64,000 bases of DNA from a virus (lineage: Duplodnaviria > Caudoviricetes): IMG/VR virus record IMGVR_UViG_3300033069_000781, positions 55,053-119,052 of that record; one strand, 5' to 3'. A model generated the notes under the pieces. The model saw only the letters and a list, made by a program, of their open reading frames with translations. It ran no database searches and was not told the origin of the DNA. This document shows, one piece after another, positions 20,572 through 31,284 of this stretch. A program made the position numbers and the translations under genes. The first letter of the stretch is position 1; every line of letters starts with the position of its first letter.

Positions 20572-21387
20572 ATGGGAATAACACAAATTACCCCCGTTAA
20601 GGGGCGTAAAGAGTTTCTATTCAAAAATATTGAGTATTGGTTAAAGCAATCCATAGATCAATTGGTCATAGTAGATTTAGCTTGTCCGGAGCAATCCGGA
20701 CCAGACCTAATCAAATCTAAGTATGCTAAAGATCCAAGATTAATTGTAGTACTAGTCGATAAGGAAACAGCGGGTCCATTCTATAGCCACGGCTTTGCCA
20801 GAAATATAGGGGTCCACGCTGCTAGGCATGATTTACTTTTCTTTCTAGATGTGGACTGTAGAGCTTCCGATTTCTATATCAAGGAGGCTGCACATAGAAT
20901 GGATAGAGAGGGTGGAGCTGATGTCTACTGTAATCTACCCCCAGACTTCTTACTCTCGCAATACCTAGATCAATTACCCCTAGATCTTAGTAGAGATAGA
21001 CAGTTCTTTATTAGGAATGCTATCTTCTATGACATCAACGGGTTTAATCAGGAATATACGGGGTATGCCGCTGAAACTTACGATTTATTAATCAGAGCTA
21101 AGATGAGGACTGATAATTTTTCGTATAGTTCAATGACGAACCTATTGCGAATTATGCCTCACGACGATACCCTAAGGGATCAGTACTTACCATTCTCAAT
21201 TAGCAATGGTTCCGACTATAAACAGTTAATGTTTAAGAAGTCCATGGATTACTATAAAAGGGTATCGAAGTTATCTCCTAGAACTCAACCTGGAATTCAG
21301 TTTGGGATTACTAGCTCAAATCCCAAAGCTCTAAGGGTATATAAATCGGGGGTAGAGATGGCCTTTAGGCCCGGTGATGATACATAA
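20572..21387 (+). CDS. GT-A glycosyltransferase (GT2/GT7-like)
   Basis: ITPVKGR, ARNIG, FFLDVD (DxD), F.DINGF..EY.GY..E..D. Confidence 0.8.
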   Translation: MGITQITPVKGRKEFLFKNIEYWLKQSIDQLVIVDLACPEQSGPDLIKSKYAKDPRLIVVLVDKETAGPFYSHGFARNIGVHAARHDLLFFLDVDCRASDFYIKEAAHRMDREGGADVYCNLPPDFLLSQYLDQLPLDLSRDRQFFIRNAIFYDINGFNQEYTGYAAETYDLLIRAKMRTDNFSYSSMTNLLRIMPHDDTLRDQYLPFSISNGSDYKQLMFKKSMDYYKRVSKLSPRTQPGIQFGITSSNPKALRVYKSGVEMAFRPGDDT

Positions 21388-21393
21388 CTATAT

Positions 21394-22164
21394 ATGAATG
21401 ATATAACCAATATCAATATGGATCCCTCGATATTAGAAAACCAGAATAAGGTTAAGGGAGTGAAGTCTGAGGAGGCCTGGCCAACTTTCAGAGAATTTGT
21501 AGAACAATTCACAGCACCAATCATTATTAATCCACAGGAACCCGAGAATCCACTCAGTCCCAAGGATATGCAAACCATAATCGATCAGGACAAAGCGTCG
21601 GAATATGAGAAAGAGACTACTGGACGGGATATCAACGATCCAGAGTACATTAAGTCCATAACCTCTAAGACAGTAAACGTTAATCCTAACAACCTAGAGA
21701 TAGTATTGGATAATTCTCCAATCACCCTCTCTACAGAGGAACTAGACCGTAGACAGGAAGAGGCTAATGCCCAATATGCCTCTGTTCAGACCTATCATGG
21801 CGATGTAGTCCAGGTCGGTTCAATGCCCGATACAGACTACATCGTTATGACCTTTAGCGATGGAACCTTCTCTCAACCTATTCATCGTAGGACTGCTATA
21901 GAGCGTGCAGGGGCTATTCTAGAAATGATTGAGCAGGAGACTGGATCCGCCACTGGCTCCATTGTCGATAAGGATGTCTGGTTATGCCTAGAGACCTTGA
22001 GGGCTGCTATAAAGAATGGTAGATCCCGGGGACTAGAATATAACACTCAGGCTATTAAGAACTTTGAAAAGCGAATACTTAAGGCTGAGAAGTCCTGGCG
22101 TGATAGATCCGACTATAAGCCTGGCCCAGATGCGCCCCGTAAAGTCTATATGGGTAATAACTAA
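21394..22164 (+). CDS. hypothetical protein
   Basis: 256-aa ORF. Confidence 0.65.
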   Translation: MNDITNINMDPSILENQNKVKGVKSEEAWPTFREFVEQFTAPIIINPQEPENPLSPKDMQTIIDQDKASEYEKETTGRDINDPEYIKSITSKTVNVNPNNLEIVLDNSPITLSTEELDRRQEEANAQYASVQTYHGDVVQVGSMPDTDYIVMTFSDGTFSQPIHRRTAIERAGAILEMIEQETGSATGSIVDKDVWLCLETLRAAIKNGRSRGLEYNTQAIKNFEKRILKAEKSWRDRSDYKPGPDAPRKVYMGNN

Positions 22165-22189
22165 GTTAGTAAATCGATACTATAAATAA

Positions 22190-22348
22190 ATGGCAAAGCA
22201 ACCTAAAGCAATAAAACTTCAAAGGGTCTGTTTGTGCTGTCCTGCACTCTTCATGAGTTCTGGACCCGGTAATAGAATCTGTCCCAAATGCTCTCGTAAG
22301 ATAGATAAGGATAGATCACCACCGGCCTATAAGATAACCAAAGAGTAG
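22190..22348 (+). CDS. small zinc-finger protein (52 aa, not in ORF track)
   Basis: MAKQPKAIKLQRVCLCCPALFMSSGPGNRICPKCSRK...; fills the intergenic gap. Confidence 0.7.
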   Translation: MAKQPKAIKLQRVCLCCPALFMSSGPGNRICPKCSRKIDKDRSPPAYKITKE

Positions 22349-22355
22349 TCAATTA

Positions 22356-23087
22356 ATGATAGACATCAATAAACTCCGAGATATAAAGCAATCGAAGCCT
22401 AGGGTTAATCCTTTAGCAGAGATCAGCTTTGGCAAAATTAAACAGATAGAAGCTAAACTAATGGCTGCTATCAATAGTAGTCATATCCAGTTTATTAGTG
22501 AGGTACTAAGTGGAGAGCTTTTAAGCTCTCTCAATTCTTTATTAGCTAGATCCATCTCTACCCGAGAATTAGTGGTTAACCCAAACACTATTCTGACTTA
22601 TACATCTCTACACCTCAATAAGGTAATTGATTATCCATTACTCAAGAATATAGTCCACTTCTTGGCCACCAACCACGAAGAGGTTCGCCAGAATAGAGCA
22701 CTCTCGGTTCCACATATAGATGAGAATTCATCGGAGCCGGGTTGGTTGTACGCAAAGTTTACCAGCTACTCAATCAATAAACTACCCACTGGACCTCAGA
22801 TAGAATATGAGCTAGAAATAATGAATTCGACCCTAGTGGGTCATAAGTTACATAAGTCAATCCCATACTTTAGCCCCATTTTCTCTGTTTTAGTGTATAA
22901 GGCGGGGATAACTAACCGTAAGATCAAGAGTGCTATGCCTAACTCATTGATTGGGTTATATATATGTGTTAACGTAAAGAAGCAATTCAATAGTGATAAG
23001 CTGACCTACTTTGAATATAAGTTCGATAGTTGTGTCGACAATCAGAACCGAGAATTAATCAAACGAAAGCGATTGGAGAAGAAGTAA
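22356..23087 (+). CDS. hypothetical protein
   Basis: 243-aa ORF. Confidence 0.6.
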   Translation: MIDINKLRDIKQSKPRVNPLAEISFGKIKQIEAKLMAAINSSHIQFISEVLSGELLSSLNSLLARSISTRELVVNPNTILTYTSLHLNKVIDYPLLKNIVHFLATNHEEVRQNRALSVPHIDENSSEPGWLYAKFTSYSINKLPTGPQIEYELEIMNSTLVGHKLHKSIPYFSPIFSVLVYKAGITNRKIKSAMPNSLIGLYICVNVKKQFNSDKLTYFEYKFDSCVDNQNRELIKRKRLEKK

Positions 23088-23917
23088 TGACATGTGGTTA
23101 CAGTTGCTGCAGTGCAGAGATAGATAGACTAAAAGTAGAAATCAGAAGAGCTAATGAAAACATAGAGGGCTGGAAGTTAGCCTATAACAAAGTAATGGCT
23201 GATAATATCAAACTAACCAGAGAGAATACAGAGCTAAAGAAAGACCTAGAGCTCTATAAAAACATAAAAGCTGATACAAAGATAGCTAAGCTTACGTTAA
23301 AGGTAGCGGAGCTTCAGCGACGTAATGATGCCCAGGCCAAAACTATTGCCATTGCCCAAGAGGAGCGAAAGAAGCTCCAAGAGATGACCGAATGTGAGGT
23401 CTATGGTCAGCCCTGCTCTAAACGAATATTAGATCACTTCAATTCGGTATGGAATAAATGGCGTGCAGATAGAGATAGGGCAATTGATGCGGAATTAAAC
23501 TTTACAGAGCTGACTGCTTCACGTAATAAGTACTTATCCGACTTCAAGGATTCCGAGTTTGTAATTAGGCATCAAAATAATACCATTAAGAACCTTATTG
23601 GTATAAATAATGAGAATGTGGACAAGCTTGAAGATTACGCAGAAGCGATACGTATATATCAGGGCACTACTCGCGGTAACCTAGCTTGGATCACAGCTCT
23701 AACCGAGGAGAATGAGAAGCTTCGTGCCGGACCTAGCTCTCAAACCATTGCTGACTATAGTAAAAAGATCTTTGATCTAGAGGCCACAATTGGTAATTTG
23801 CGCGATGAGATATATAACGTACAAAAACAATCAGAGCGTAAGGATGAGCAGATAGAGTTCTGGCATAAGAAGCATCAAGGATTAGTCTCCGATGTAAAGG
23901 ACGTATTGGCTAAATAA
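23030..23917 (+). CDS. coiled-coil protein (likely start ATG 23087)
   Basis: heptad-rich sequence; TAATG coupling with the upstream gene. Confidence 0.65.
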   Translation: MCRQSEPRINQTKAIGEEVMTCGYSCCSAEIDRLKVEIRRANENIEGWKLAYNKVMADNIKLTRENTELKKDLELYKNIKADTKIAKLTLKVAELQRRNDAQAKTIAIAQEERKKLQEMTECEVYGQPCSKRILDHFNSVWNKWRADRDRAIDAELNFTELTASRNKYLSDFKDSEFVIRHQNNTIKNLIGINNENVDKLEDYAEAIRIYQGTTRGNLAWITALTEENEKLRAGPSSQTIADYSKKIFDLEATIGNLRDEIYNVQKQSERKDEQIEFWHKKHQGLVSDVKDVLAK

Positions 23918-23921
23918 ACAT

Positions 23922-24392
23922 ATGGGAAGCGTATATCAATTTAAAACAAAACTAGAGGGTAGAGTAGTTGCGGGTCCCGATGGTGAGTACTGGATGAGCC
24001 CTCAAAGGGATATCGCAACGAACTTTCCGGTCCAGGTAAAGCGAGCCCTGATCTATGCGGATCAGATCAGGACTGATCCACTCATTAAACGCTACTATGA
24101 CTCAGTAGTTGGAGCTGAAGGTAAGCTTGAAGAGGTAGCTTTATGTATGGCTAGGTTTGTACATATCGCTACCGATAAGACCTATTCAGGTAAGGTCGAT
24201 GAAGCTGTAGAAAAGAGCGGTTTAAATACCTGCTCACAAGAAGCGAGATATATCTTCTTCTATGCCTTAGGCTGTGTTGTAGTCTCATCCTACTATGCGG
24301 GGGTAGCGGAGGCTATGGGAGGTAAAGGTTTCAATCCATTCATGATGATGGAACCTAGTGAGATATTTAATGACAACAGACCAATCAGTTAA
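23922..24392 (+). CDS. hypothetical protein
   Basis: 156-aa ORF. Confidence 0.65.
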   Translation: MGSVYQFKTKLEGRVVAGPDGEYWMSPQRDIATNFPVQVKRALIYADQIRTDPLIKRYYDSVVGAEGKLEEVALCMARFVHIATDKTYSGKVDEAVEKSGLNTCSQEARYIFFYALGCVVVSSYYAGVAEAMGGKGFNPFMMMEPSEIFNDNRPIS

Positions 24393-24909
24393 GGCTACTC
24401 AGCGTATAACTAATGTAGAACATATCGAGAGAGCTATAGATGTAAATAGCCCACGAATACCCCTAGATCGTAATACACTACCAAAGATTGGCTCAGTAGC
24501 CCTATGTACTCTAGGAGAACATTACTCGGGCGGGGCCTGGTTCTATACCTTAGAACCCTTATACGAAGCCCTAGGCCTCGATATAGATCTGGACACTGAA
24601 TACCTCAAAGAGGTTAAAGGTGCGAGACCCGCTGTGCCAATGCTCCTGACAGATGATGTAATCTTTAGGGGTAAGGATGGGCATAACCATGCTATTGTTA
24701 TGTCTCGGGATCACCAAGATGCCGCTAGGTTCGAGAACTGGCTCTATTGTCTAGAATTTGTGATTAATAATAAGACCTATACTGTACGTAATGCATCATT
24801 TATGTACGGCTGTAAGGGTTTGAATTACTTCAAACTATGGGATGAGTCTGGAGCTACCACTTATATGTTAAATGAGGCAAGGGAGCAATTCTTATATGAA
24901 AGACGCTGA
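24358..24909 (+). CDS. hypothetical protein
   Basis: 183-aa ORF. Confidence 0.6.
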   Translation: MRYLMTTDQSVKATQRITNVEHIERAIDVNSPRIPLDRNTLPKIGSVALCTLGEHYSGGAWFYTLEPLYEALGLDIDLDTEYLKEVKGARPAVPMLLTDDVIFRGKDGHNHAIVMSRDHQDAARFENWLYCLEFVINNKTYTVRNASFMYGCKGLNYFKLWDESGATTYMLNEAREQFLYERR

Positions 24910-25546
24910 GTATATGGATATACCTGAAATAAAAACCATAACTAGATTACCAGGCGATTTTCTAGCTCATATGGATGGGCTAAAGCTGGATAGATCTGAA
25001 ACAGATAATAATTCCAGAAAATTGGAATGCTTCACACTTGAGTCTGAAAGGATCTGTAAGCCCTGGGTCTATTCCCTTGAACCCGTTAAGCCCCCTCCTG
25101 AGAGTATTAAGTTACCAGCCGGAACTCAGCTAATCTCTATAACTGATATAGCCAACAATACTGATCATCCAGTAATCTATGCTATTCCTACTATAAGAGT
25201 GGCCAACACCAATAGTTATGAACATCTAATCGCTATTCTATGCGACACCGCTTACGATGTAATAGATACCCTGACCTTTCAGCCATACCATCTGATTATC
25301 TCGGTGCCTGATAACGATCAAGATAAGCATATTCAGTACTATGAGTGTAGAGATCGGAAAGCTCTAATATCTCAGTTAACTACTGTACTCAAGAATATAG
25401 AAGACGAATTTGAGGTATTTATTGTTAAAGGCCAACGCTGTCACTTAGGTGTTCAGAATCCATCCATAGCATTCGATGATCAGGTCCTAGATCTCACTAC
25501 AAGCAGGACAATTAAGCTTTTGGACCTAGGCCTAAAGGGTGCTTAA
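24872..25546 (+). CDS. hypothetical protein
   Basis: 224-aa ORF. Confidence 0.6.
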   Translation: MRQGSNSYMKDAEYMDIPEIKTITRLPGDFLAHMDGLKLDRSETDNNSRKLECFTLESERICKPWVYSLEPVKPPPESIKLPAGTQLISITDIANNTDHPVIYAIPTIRVANTNSYEHLIAILCDTAYDVIDTLTFQPYHLIISVPDNDQDKHIQYYECRDRKALISQLTTVLKNIEDEFEVFIVKGQRCHLGVQNPSIAFDDQVLDLTTSRTIKLLDLGLKGA

Positions 25547-25555
25547 CAAATGAGA

Positions 25556-25586
25556 TAAATGCGTCATATTAAATTGCTGATGTTAG
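25556..25586 (+). promoter_or_regulatory. conserved phage promoter-like element, copy 1
   Basis: TAAATGCGTCATATTAAATTGCTGATGTTAG; intergenic; similar at 31343, 34573, 37075, 58768. Confidence 0.7.
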
Positions 25587-25724
25587 ATCTCATTTAATCA
25601 ATTCATATATACCTAATCCATAGTTCTATTTTAAATAATACAACTATGGATTCTTGGTTTAACTAGGAGTGAGAAAGTCCTTACTTTTAGTTATTGCACA
25701 TTAACCCTTAACAAGGATATAGAG

Positions 25725-27098
25725 ATGGCTATTGATGAGATGGTAGTACTAGACTACGAGAATGAGGTGGATAGGAGCGATATCGAAGATGGCAATATGG
25801 TAATAGGTCTGGGCAAACCAGAACATTGTCAAATAGCTCGATCTATTTGCTATGAGCAGGACGCGGTAGTCATAAACTCCTTGACGCCTGAGGCCCAAGA
25901 ATCAGTAAGCCTTCTTTCCTTAGGCCAGCCCGAGTACAAGATAGAGCTTAGACATATAGCTAGCAAGATTCACGATAACTTTTTCATTGGGCCAGATGAT
26001 CCAGAACTTAAACCCGATTTAGGTTATGTAGGTGGTGCCGTATGGGCTAAGCAGATCATTACTATTGATGAGGGTTTAAAAGATCTGAGTTCTACTCCGT
26101 TTGAGGCCCTATATAAAACTTGTATCAAACCTGCTACTGTTCCCTATAATCGTAAATCAATAGATGAGTATAGGCTTAGTCTGGGTCATACCGAGTATCC
26201 AAACTACTCAGACTTCCTGTACTACTTAAGTCTCATTTATCCCAGTCGGACTAATTGTACTAGGGTAATTGAACTCGAAGGCCCCATTAGACCCAGTATG
26301 TATAGTCTGGAGCATAGAGTAATCCATGACTATTTATCCCGTGCAGTTAACATGTACGCTAGTCATGCTTCAGTTATCGTACTTCGTCAAGAGATTTGGG
26401 ATGGTCCACTAGATACTACTCTGCTTGAATCCTGTAAAGTAAACAGAGTAGTTAGGATCTTTGATTGTCACAAAGATAAACATAAACTGATAGCAATCGA
26501 TACGCTCATTAAGGGTAAACCTGAGTTCTACTTAAAAAAGCGTGCTAAGTGTTGTATATACGAATTAATCTATGATCCACATAAATGCCCAGGTCTCCAT
26601 AAACTGAGTGGAGCGAGAAGACAGAAAACACTCCGTGCTATACCTAATAAGCTATCAAATTCATTTCTCATGCGATTAGCTAGAGAAACTTTCTACAAAA
26701 AAATTAAAGGTCCTGATAAACTGAGCAAGTTAAGCTTAGTGAAACTGGGAGGCGATGGAGAACACTACGCTAAGTACGGTTCATGTAATAACCCGTCAGT
26801 CGTAGGTTATATGCAATATATTCATGAAGTATTAACCATACTAAAATCTGATACAATCTACGCTCCAATACTTCGCAGAATTAGGAGCACCGAATCCTAT
26901 AAAGCAGATATAGCTTTAATTATCCATAATTGGAGAATAATAAAAGACACTAAGTACGGGAGAAAAGCGGAGGATGAGTCACAAATAAAAACTAACTTTT
27001 TGATTGCTATAGCCCGAGAAGCCCGCGATATTCATATATCTAAACAAGACTATATTGACTGGAAATTGGCCCAGGAACTCAAAAAGAACAAGGATTAA
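25725..27098 (+). CDS. hypothetical protein
   Basis: 457-aa ORF with AAGGA SD. Confidence 0.7.
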   Translation: MAIDEMVVLDYENEVDRSDIEDGNMVIGLGKPEHCQIARSICYEQDAVVINSLTPEAQESVSLLSLGQPEYKIELRHIASKIHDNFFIGPDDPELKPDLGYVGGAVWAKQIITIDEGLKDLSSTPFEALYKTCIKPATVPYNRKSIDEYRLSLGHTEYPNYSDFLYYLSLIYPSRTNCTRVIELEGPIRPSMYSLEHRVIHDYLSRAVNMYASHASVIVLRQEIWDGPLDTTLLESCKVNRVVRIFDCHKDKHKLIAIDTLIKGKPEFYLKKRAKCCIYELIYDPHKCPGLHKLSGARRQKTLRAIPNKLSNSFLMRLARETFYKKIKGPDKLSKLSLVKLGGDGEHYAKYGSCNNPSVVGYMQYIHEVLTILKSDTIYAPILRRIRSTESYKADIALIIHNWRIIKDTKYGRKAEDESQIKTNFLIAIAREARDIHISKQDYIDWKLAQELKKNKD

Positions 27099-27103
27099 AA
27101 AGC

Positions 27104-27805
27104 ATGGTTGATATGGATGTTACCAATGTGGCCCAGTCTGGCCAATCGAATCTCGCAACTCATAACGTGGTTGATAATGATCTTACGACCTTTAAGGCAC
27201 CATTAGATAAGGGAGACTTCTCGGCTCTGGCTGCCTATGAATTTGAGTCCGCAGTTAAGAATCAAATCATAGACCAAGAGGCTCAGAGGAATCGGATCGT
27301 TACGGAGATGGATGAGGCCCGCAAGCTCCTAGAGAACGAGATTAAGGTATTCGCTAAAGAGTCTAGACCTCATTTCTATGAGAACCTTCCTGCCTCCTTT
27401 GCAGCCTTCGGTTTAGTCAAAGATAAGATGACGGTTAAGCCTACTCTTACCCGTGAGCAGGATACCAACGACCTCAAGCTAGTGGTTATCTATACCTTGG
27501 CCATTAAATGCAGTACTGACACAAAGTTGACAGCGCATAATGGGTATGCCTCAGATTTGGGATCTATTACGCATACCGTTACCTTGACTCCCTCTGATAA
27601 GCTTATAGCGCTTGCGACTGATCATGACAACTTGGTCAAGCAGGTCCAGACTATGGCTGATGAGTTAGCCAGGACCCGCCTGAAGTTGGGAGAGGTTGGA
27701 TCCGTTGAGCGTGCCGCTAGAGCTCATCTCACCAGGGCCGAGCTGAGCAAGACCCAGGGTGGTAAAGCACTGCTTGATGGTATTCACTCCTATACTCAAG
27801 TCTAA
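27104..27805 (+). CDS. hypothetical protein (coiled-coil)
   Basis: 233-aa ORF with SD. Confidence 0.7.
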   Translation: MVDMDVTNVAQSGQSNLATHNVVDNDLTTFKAPLDKGDFSALAAYEFESAVKNQIIDQEAQRNRIVTEMDEARKLLENEIKVFAKESRPHFYENLPASFAAFGLVKDKMTVKPTLTREQDTNDLKLVVIYTLAIKCSTDTKLTAHNGYASDLGSITHTVTLTPSDKLIALATDHDNLVKQVQTMADELARTRLKLGEVGSVERAARAHLTRAELSKTQGGKALLDGIHSYTQV

Positions 27806-27821
27806 TTAATCAATAGTCCTA

Positions 27822-27893
27822 TGACCCATAGTATAACTGGTAGCACAACTCCCTTTGACGGAGTTAGTCTGGGTTCAAATCCCGGTGGGTCAT
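27822..27893 (+). tRNA. tRNA-Gln(UUG)
   Basis: acceptor TGACCCA/TGGGTCA, anticodon arm ACTCC-CTTTGAC-GGAGT, T arm CTGGG-TTCAAAT-CCCGG; CCA not encoded. Confidence 0.9.
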
Positions 27894-28023
27894 GTAATGT
27901 GTATAGGTATCCATTAGTTCCTAGGAGATATCGATTGATTAAGTGATAAGGAGCATAAACAACCATATTGAATCATCTAGCGCTATCAGTACTGCTTTTG
28001 CAGGTCTCTAATTTGTTAGAAAC

Positions 28024-28560
28024 ATGTCACACACAAACGCAGAGCATCCCGTAACAACGCTAAATCTATCAAAGACCACGTCTACACCTACAGCAAATAC
28101 TCAGGCCCCTCTTAATAAGTCTCGCCCACAATTTAAATATCAATCCAAACCAGTTAGTGAAAGTCAGGACTATATGGAGTTCGATACGCTTAAAGATCTA
28201 CACGATCTTATCGGTATCGAGGATGGATTTGGTGATCTATATCTAGAGACCCAAAAAGCTGAGGTATATACCATTAATGACTATAGACCTAACGAAGATA
28301 AATATTTCTACGTAAAGAGGGGTGAAGACGTCAAATGGATTTTGACCCCAGTAGGTTACAAAATTGAAACAGCTAAGATAGCTGCTTCTACATTTATCTA
28401 TTTATGGTTGCGTGGGATACCCGCAGCTATAGCTGCTAATCTTGCTGTAACTAACGCTTTGATTGGTCGGGTTAATAATCATGATTTGAATCAGATCGCT
28501 AAGAAGCATCTTGAATATACAAGGAGGTCCAGGGTTGATAACACGAACATGCTTGGTTAA
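28024..28560 (+). CDS. hypothetical protein
   Basis: 178-aa ORF. Confidence 0.6.
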   Translation: MSHTNAEHPVTTLNLSKTTSTPTANTQAPLNKSRPQFKYQSKPVSESQDYMEFDTLKDLHDLIGIEDGFGDLYLETQKAEVYTINDYRPNEDKYFYVKRGEDVKWILTPVGYKIETAKIAASTFIYLWLRGIPAAIAANLAVTNALIGRVNNHDLNQIAKKHLEYTRRSRVDNTNMLG

Positions 28561-29338
28561 AGAGATTCTTGATCTAGTCGCAAAGAAGACAAATAAGAGA
28601 GAGATTACGGGCGAGTTAGCTGATGCTGCGCAAGTCTTGTCTAGCATAGCTATTCCACGTAAGCCCAAGAAGGAGAGGGTGCTTAAGCCTATCGATCCAT
28701 CAGCTCCATTCTACTTTAGAAAGTGGGAGCGAAACGAGAATAGGCAGAAGATTGGGCTGCTTGTCGCTGAGTTGAAGATTAATTACGATGTACCCGAATG
28801 CACATTAACCATAGGCTGGTCACAGGTCCATGGTCCCAAGGGTGATCTCATAGAAGATCTGATGCATTCGGATATATTCATTAAAGAGCGAGCCAACGCA
28901 ATCGCCATGGGCAGATTCGCTACATCTAAGTATCAGATTCATATCACTTCTGATAATCTGAATGGGCATGACCCCGAGGAGCCCTTGGAATTAGCTGAAA
29001 CTGTTTGCTATAGCTTGCCTAATCAACCCAATGCGATAATGAAAGAGGAATTTGAGGCTCAACACTTCGTCGTTCCTAAGGATCGTATGGGTAACTATGT
29101 TATCCCTTTGGATTGGTTAATACCAAATAAGATGAGGCCAATGGTCCAAGAGTTGGTAGAGAGGTCGATAGAAGTAGCTAACAAGAAGATAGCCCGTTAT
29201 AGGGATCAGATTAATCCAGCTATACCTGCGTTATCCGAAATTACGAATAATCCATCGGTGCCCGCAATGAAGCAAATCGGCGCAACACAGACCGGCAAGC
29301 GATTGGTGCCAGCTTTTGTGGGTATTCCGGGTAGGTAA
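28511..29338 (+). CDS. hypothetical protein
   Basis: 275-aa ORF; start uncertain. Confidence 0.65.
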   Translation: MNIQGGPGLITRTCLVKEILDLVAKKTNKREITGELADAAQVLSSIAIPRKPKKERVLKPIDPSAPFYFRKWERNENRQKIGLLVAELKINYDVPECTLTIGWSQVHGPKGDLIEDLMHSDIFIKERANAIAMGRFATSKYQIHITSDNLNGHDPEEPLELAETVCYSLPNQPNAIMKEEFEAQHFVVPKDRMGNYVIPLDWLIPNKMRPMVQELVERSIEVANKKIARYRDQINPAIPALSEITNNPSVPAMKQIGATQTGKRLVPAFVGIPGR

Positions 29339-29353
29339 TTAACTACCCTAACT

Positions 29354-29746
29354 ATGTGTACCCAAATTCTTACATTCATGTGTGGAGATGCTAAGCATGC
29401 TCAACTTCATGAATATGCTGATAGATTTAACCATAAGTCTAAACCCTTTGTATTAGATGACTACAACACCTACAACTCGGATAAATGCTGTCCCACGCTA
29501 GAGGCCGTAATACAGTGGACATCTAAGCAAAAGGATAAAACAGCAGTATATGTCATAACTAAGTTAAAGCCTTGCTTTGAGCATCTACCTCTGAGTAGTG
29601 ACTTAGTGTCAGATTACATATATATCATCACTAAGATCAATCCCTACATAACACTAGATTCTGAGTTAGCTAATTGGGATAGTAATATAGACATGGATGA
29701 TGATAACGATAACCCAGGGATGGGTGTTAGCTCGAATGCTTCTTAA
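29354..29746 (+). CDS. hypothetical protein
   Basis: 130-aa ORF. Confidence 0.5.
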   Translation: MCTQILTFMCGDAKHAQLHEYADRFNHKSKPFVLDDYNTYNSDKCCPTLEAVIQWTSKQKDKTAVYVITKLKPCFEHLPLSSDLVSDYIYIITKINPYITLDSELANWDSNIDMDDDNDNPGMGVSSNAS

Positions 29747-29789
29747 TTTGTGTTTACTATAGCCAGCTCTCTTTCTCTCCCACTCTTCT

Positions 29790-31256
29790 TTGCAGCTGTA
29801 TAAGAAAGGCCTTAATATGAAGGTCGGAATAGCTTTCAACGTTTCTGGCGTCAATGCGTTTGAACCAATAAGCAAGGTTAACTGTTTGACTGTGGCTCTG
29901 GATGAACGCCATAGATTGATGATAAATAAGCGTCGATTGGTAGGAACTGCGGAAGGAATTAATATCGGGGCGGTTAGATTCCCGGAATACTCTAACGAAT
30001 CCAATGAGATAGATTATAGACCATTTATAGATCCTGATAAAAGGGTGACGAACAAGACTATCGATATCGAGATCGATACGGCTAAGCGAGCTTTAGCGAT
30101 GTATGAGGTTTGCCCGCACAAGAGTGCTTGGCATACCTTCAAATGTGTCAATGTCGCTGGAGTGGTTAGTCAGGTTTTATTCGATAAAGATAAGAAGGCA
30201 TATAGAGCAGCAAGCGGTGCCTACTTTAGGCCTGAAGATGTGACTACGCTATTCTATGATTCTGAGGCGTTGACACATCAAATAGCGCTCAAGAACGCAG
30301 GTAAGGCGCTTACGATTCCCGAAGCTTATTTCGATTGGATGGTGTCCAACCAGACTAATAAGCTGATTATTGATGTCTCATTAGAGATCGGTAAGCAGAT
30401 GAGGTACGTGATAAATGAAGTCTATAATGGCTCATTAACACCTACCTCATCTCTACTTCTTCCATCATTCTTTTTCCATAATCCAAATGATCCCAACTAT
30501 TCCTACAAGAAGGGGGTAGTTGAAGCTTTCATAGTTAAAATGGCTAGATCCCAGGATGGTATTCTTTCTGATGAATATGTCCCACACAAAGGAGTTGTGA
30601 GGGAGATAGAGTTCTCGGACGATAAAACTGCAGTGGGTATAACAATACAGAGGGTGGAGGTGATCACCTCCTCTGAAACCGGGCCAATTAAAACTTCTAA
30701 CACAAAATATAGAGTTCTCGATAAATATACGAATATTGAGCTACCCAATATACCCGGAAAGACCGAGATATTGGTTGAGAAGGTGAACTGTGAAGTAGGT
30801 GATATCTTAGACATAGGGAGTATTGTTACCAGAACAAGTCGGATGATTCGACTGCTTCCGTATCAGCCCGCTCTGACTGATTATCCAGCTTTAGCGGAGA
30901 CCATTGAAACCTATATGGTCGAGTATTTGCAGACCGCCATAATGAAGCAGCATACTCCTAACATAAATGGATCACCTGCAATTGCGCTAGATTTCTTGGA
31001 CAAGCTCCCGGAAGTCTTCAATCCTAGCATAGCATTCTATGTTAGAAATCAGCCTTTGAATTATGTATTTGATGGACCCAAGAGTGCGTTAGTGGGCAGT
31101 AGGCCCTGTCATGTCAAGTTCGATATGCTTAGACACCCCTGGTTCAAGACAACTGATCAAGCCAGAGCTTCCAATCAGTTCGATGGGCGTAGAGATAAGC
31201 CACTTCGTATGGGTGACATGATTATTGCCGGTTCCGGTTCCAACATGGTTCAGTAA
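29790..31256 (+). CDS. hypothetical protein (likely start ATG 29817)
   Basis: long ORF with GAAAGG upstream of 29817. Confidence 0.7.
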   Translation: MQLYKKGLNMKVGIAFNVSGVNAFEPISKVNCLTVALDERHRLMINKRRLVGTAEGINIGAVRFPEYSNESNEIDYRPFIDPDKRVTNKTIDIEIDTAKRALAMYEVCPHKSAWHTFKCVNVAGVVSQVLFDKDKKAYRAASGAYFRPEDVTTLFYDSEALTHQIALKNAGKALTIPEAYFDWMVSNQTNKLIIDVSLEIGKQMRYVINEVYNGSLTPTSSLLLPSFFFHNPNDPNYSYKKGVVEAFIVKMARSQDGILSDEYVPHKGVVREIEFSDDKTAVGITIQRVEVITSSETGPIKTSNTKYRVLDKYTNIELPNIPGKTEILVEKVNCEVGDILDIGSIVTRTSRMIRLLPYQPALTDYPALAETIETYMVEYLQTAIMKQHTPNINGSPAIALDFLDKLPEVFNPSIAFYVRNQPLNYVFDGPKSALVGSRPCHVKFDMLRHPWFKTTDQARASNQFDGRRDKPLRMGDMIIAGSGSNMVQ

Positions 31257-31284
31257 GGTTCAGTAAGTATCTAGTAAAGAAAAC

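Noticed and set aside
19828-21387. Genome-wide stop-codon recoding (TAG at 20551 is in frame with the next gene; in-frame stops at 62264 and 63415)
   Set aside because: All long conserved genes are intact under the standard code, and TAG/TGA end complete genes such as prs and nadV. No suppressor tRNA is seen.
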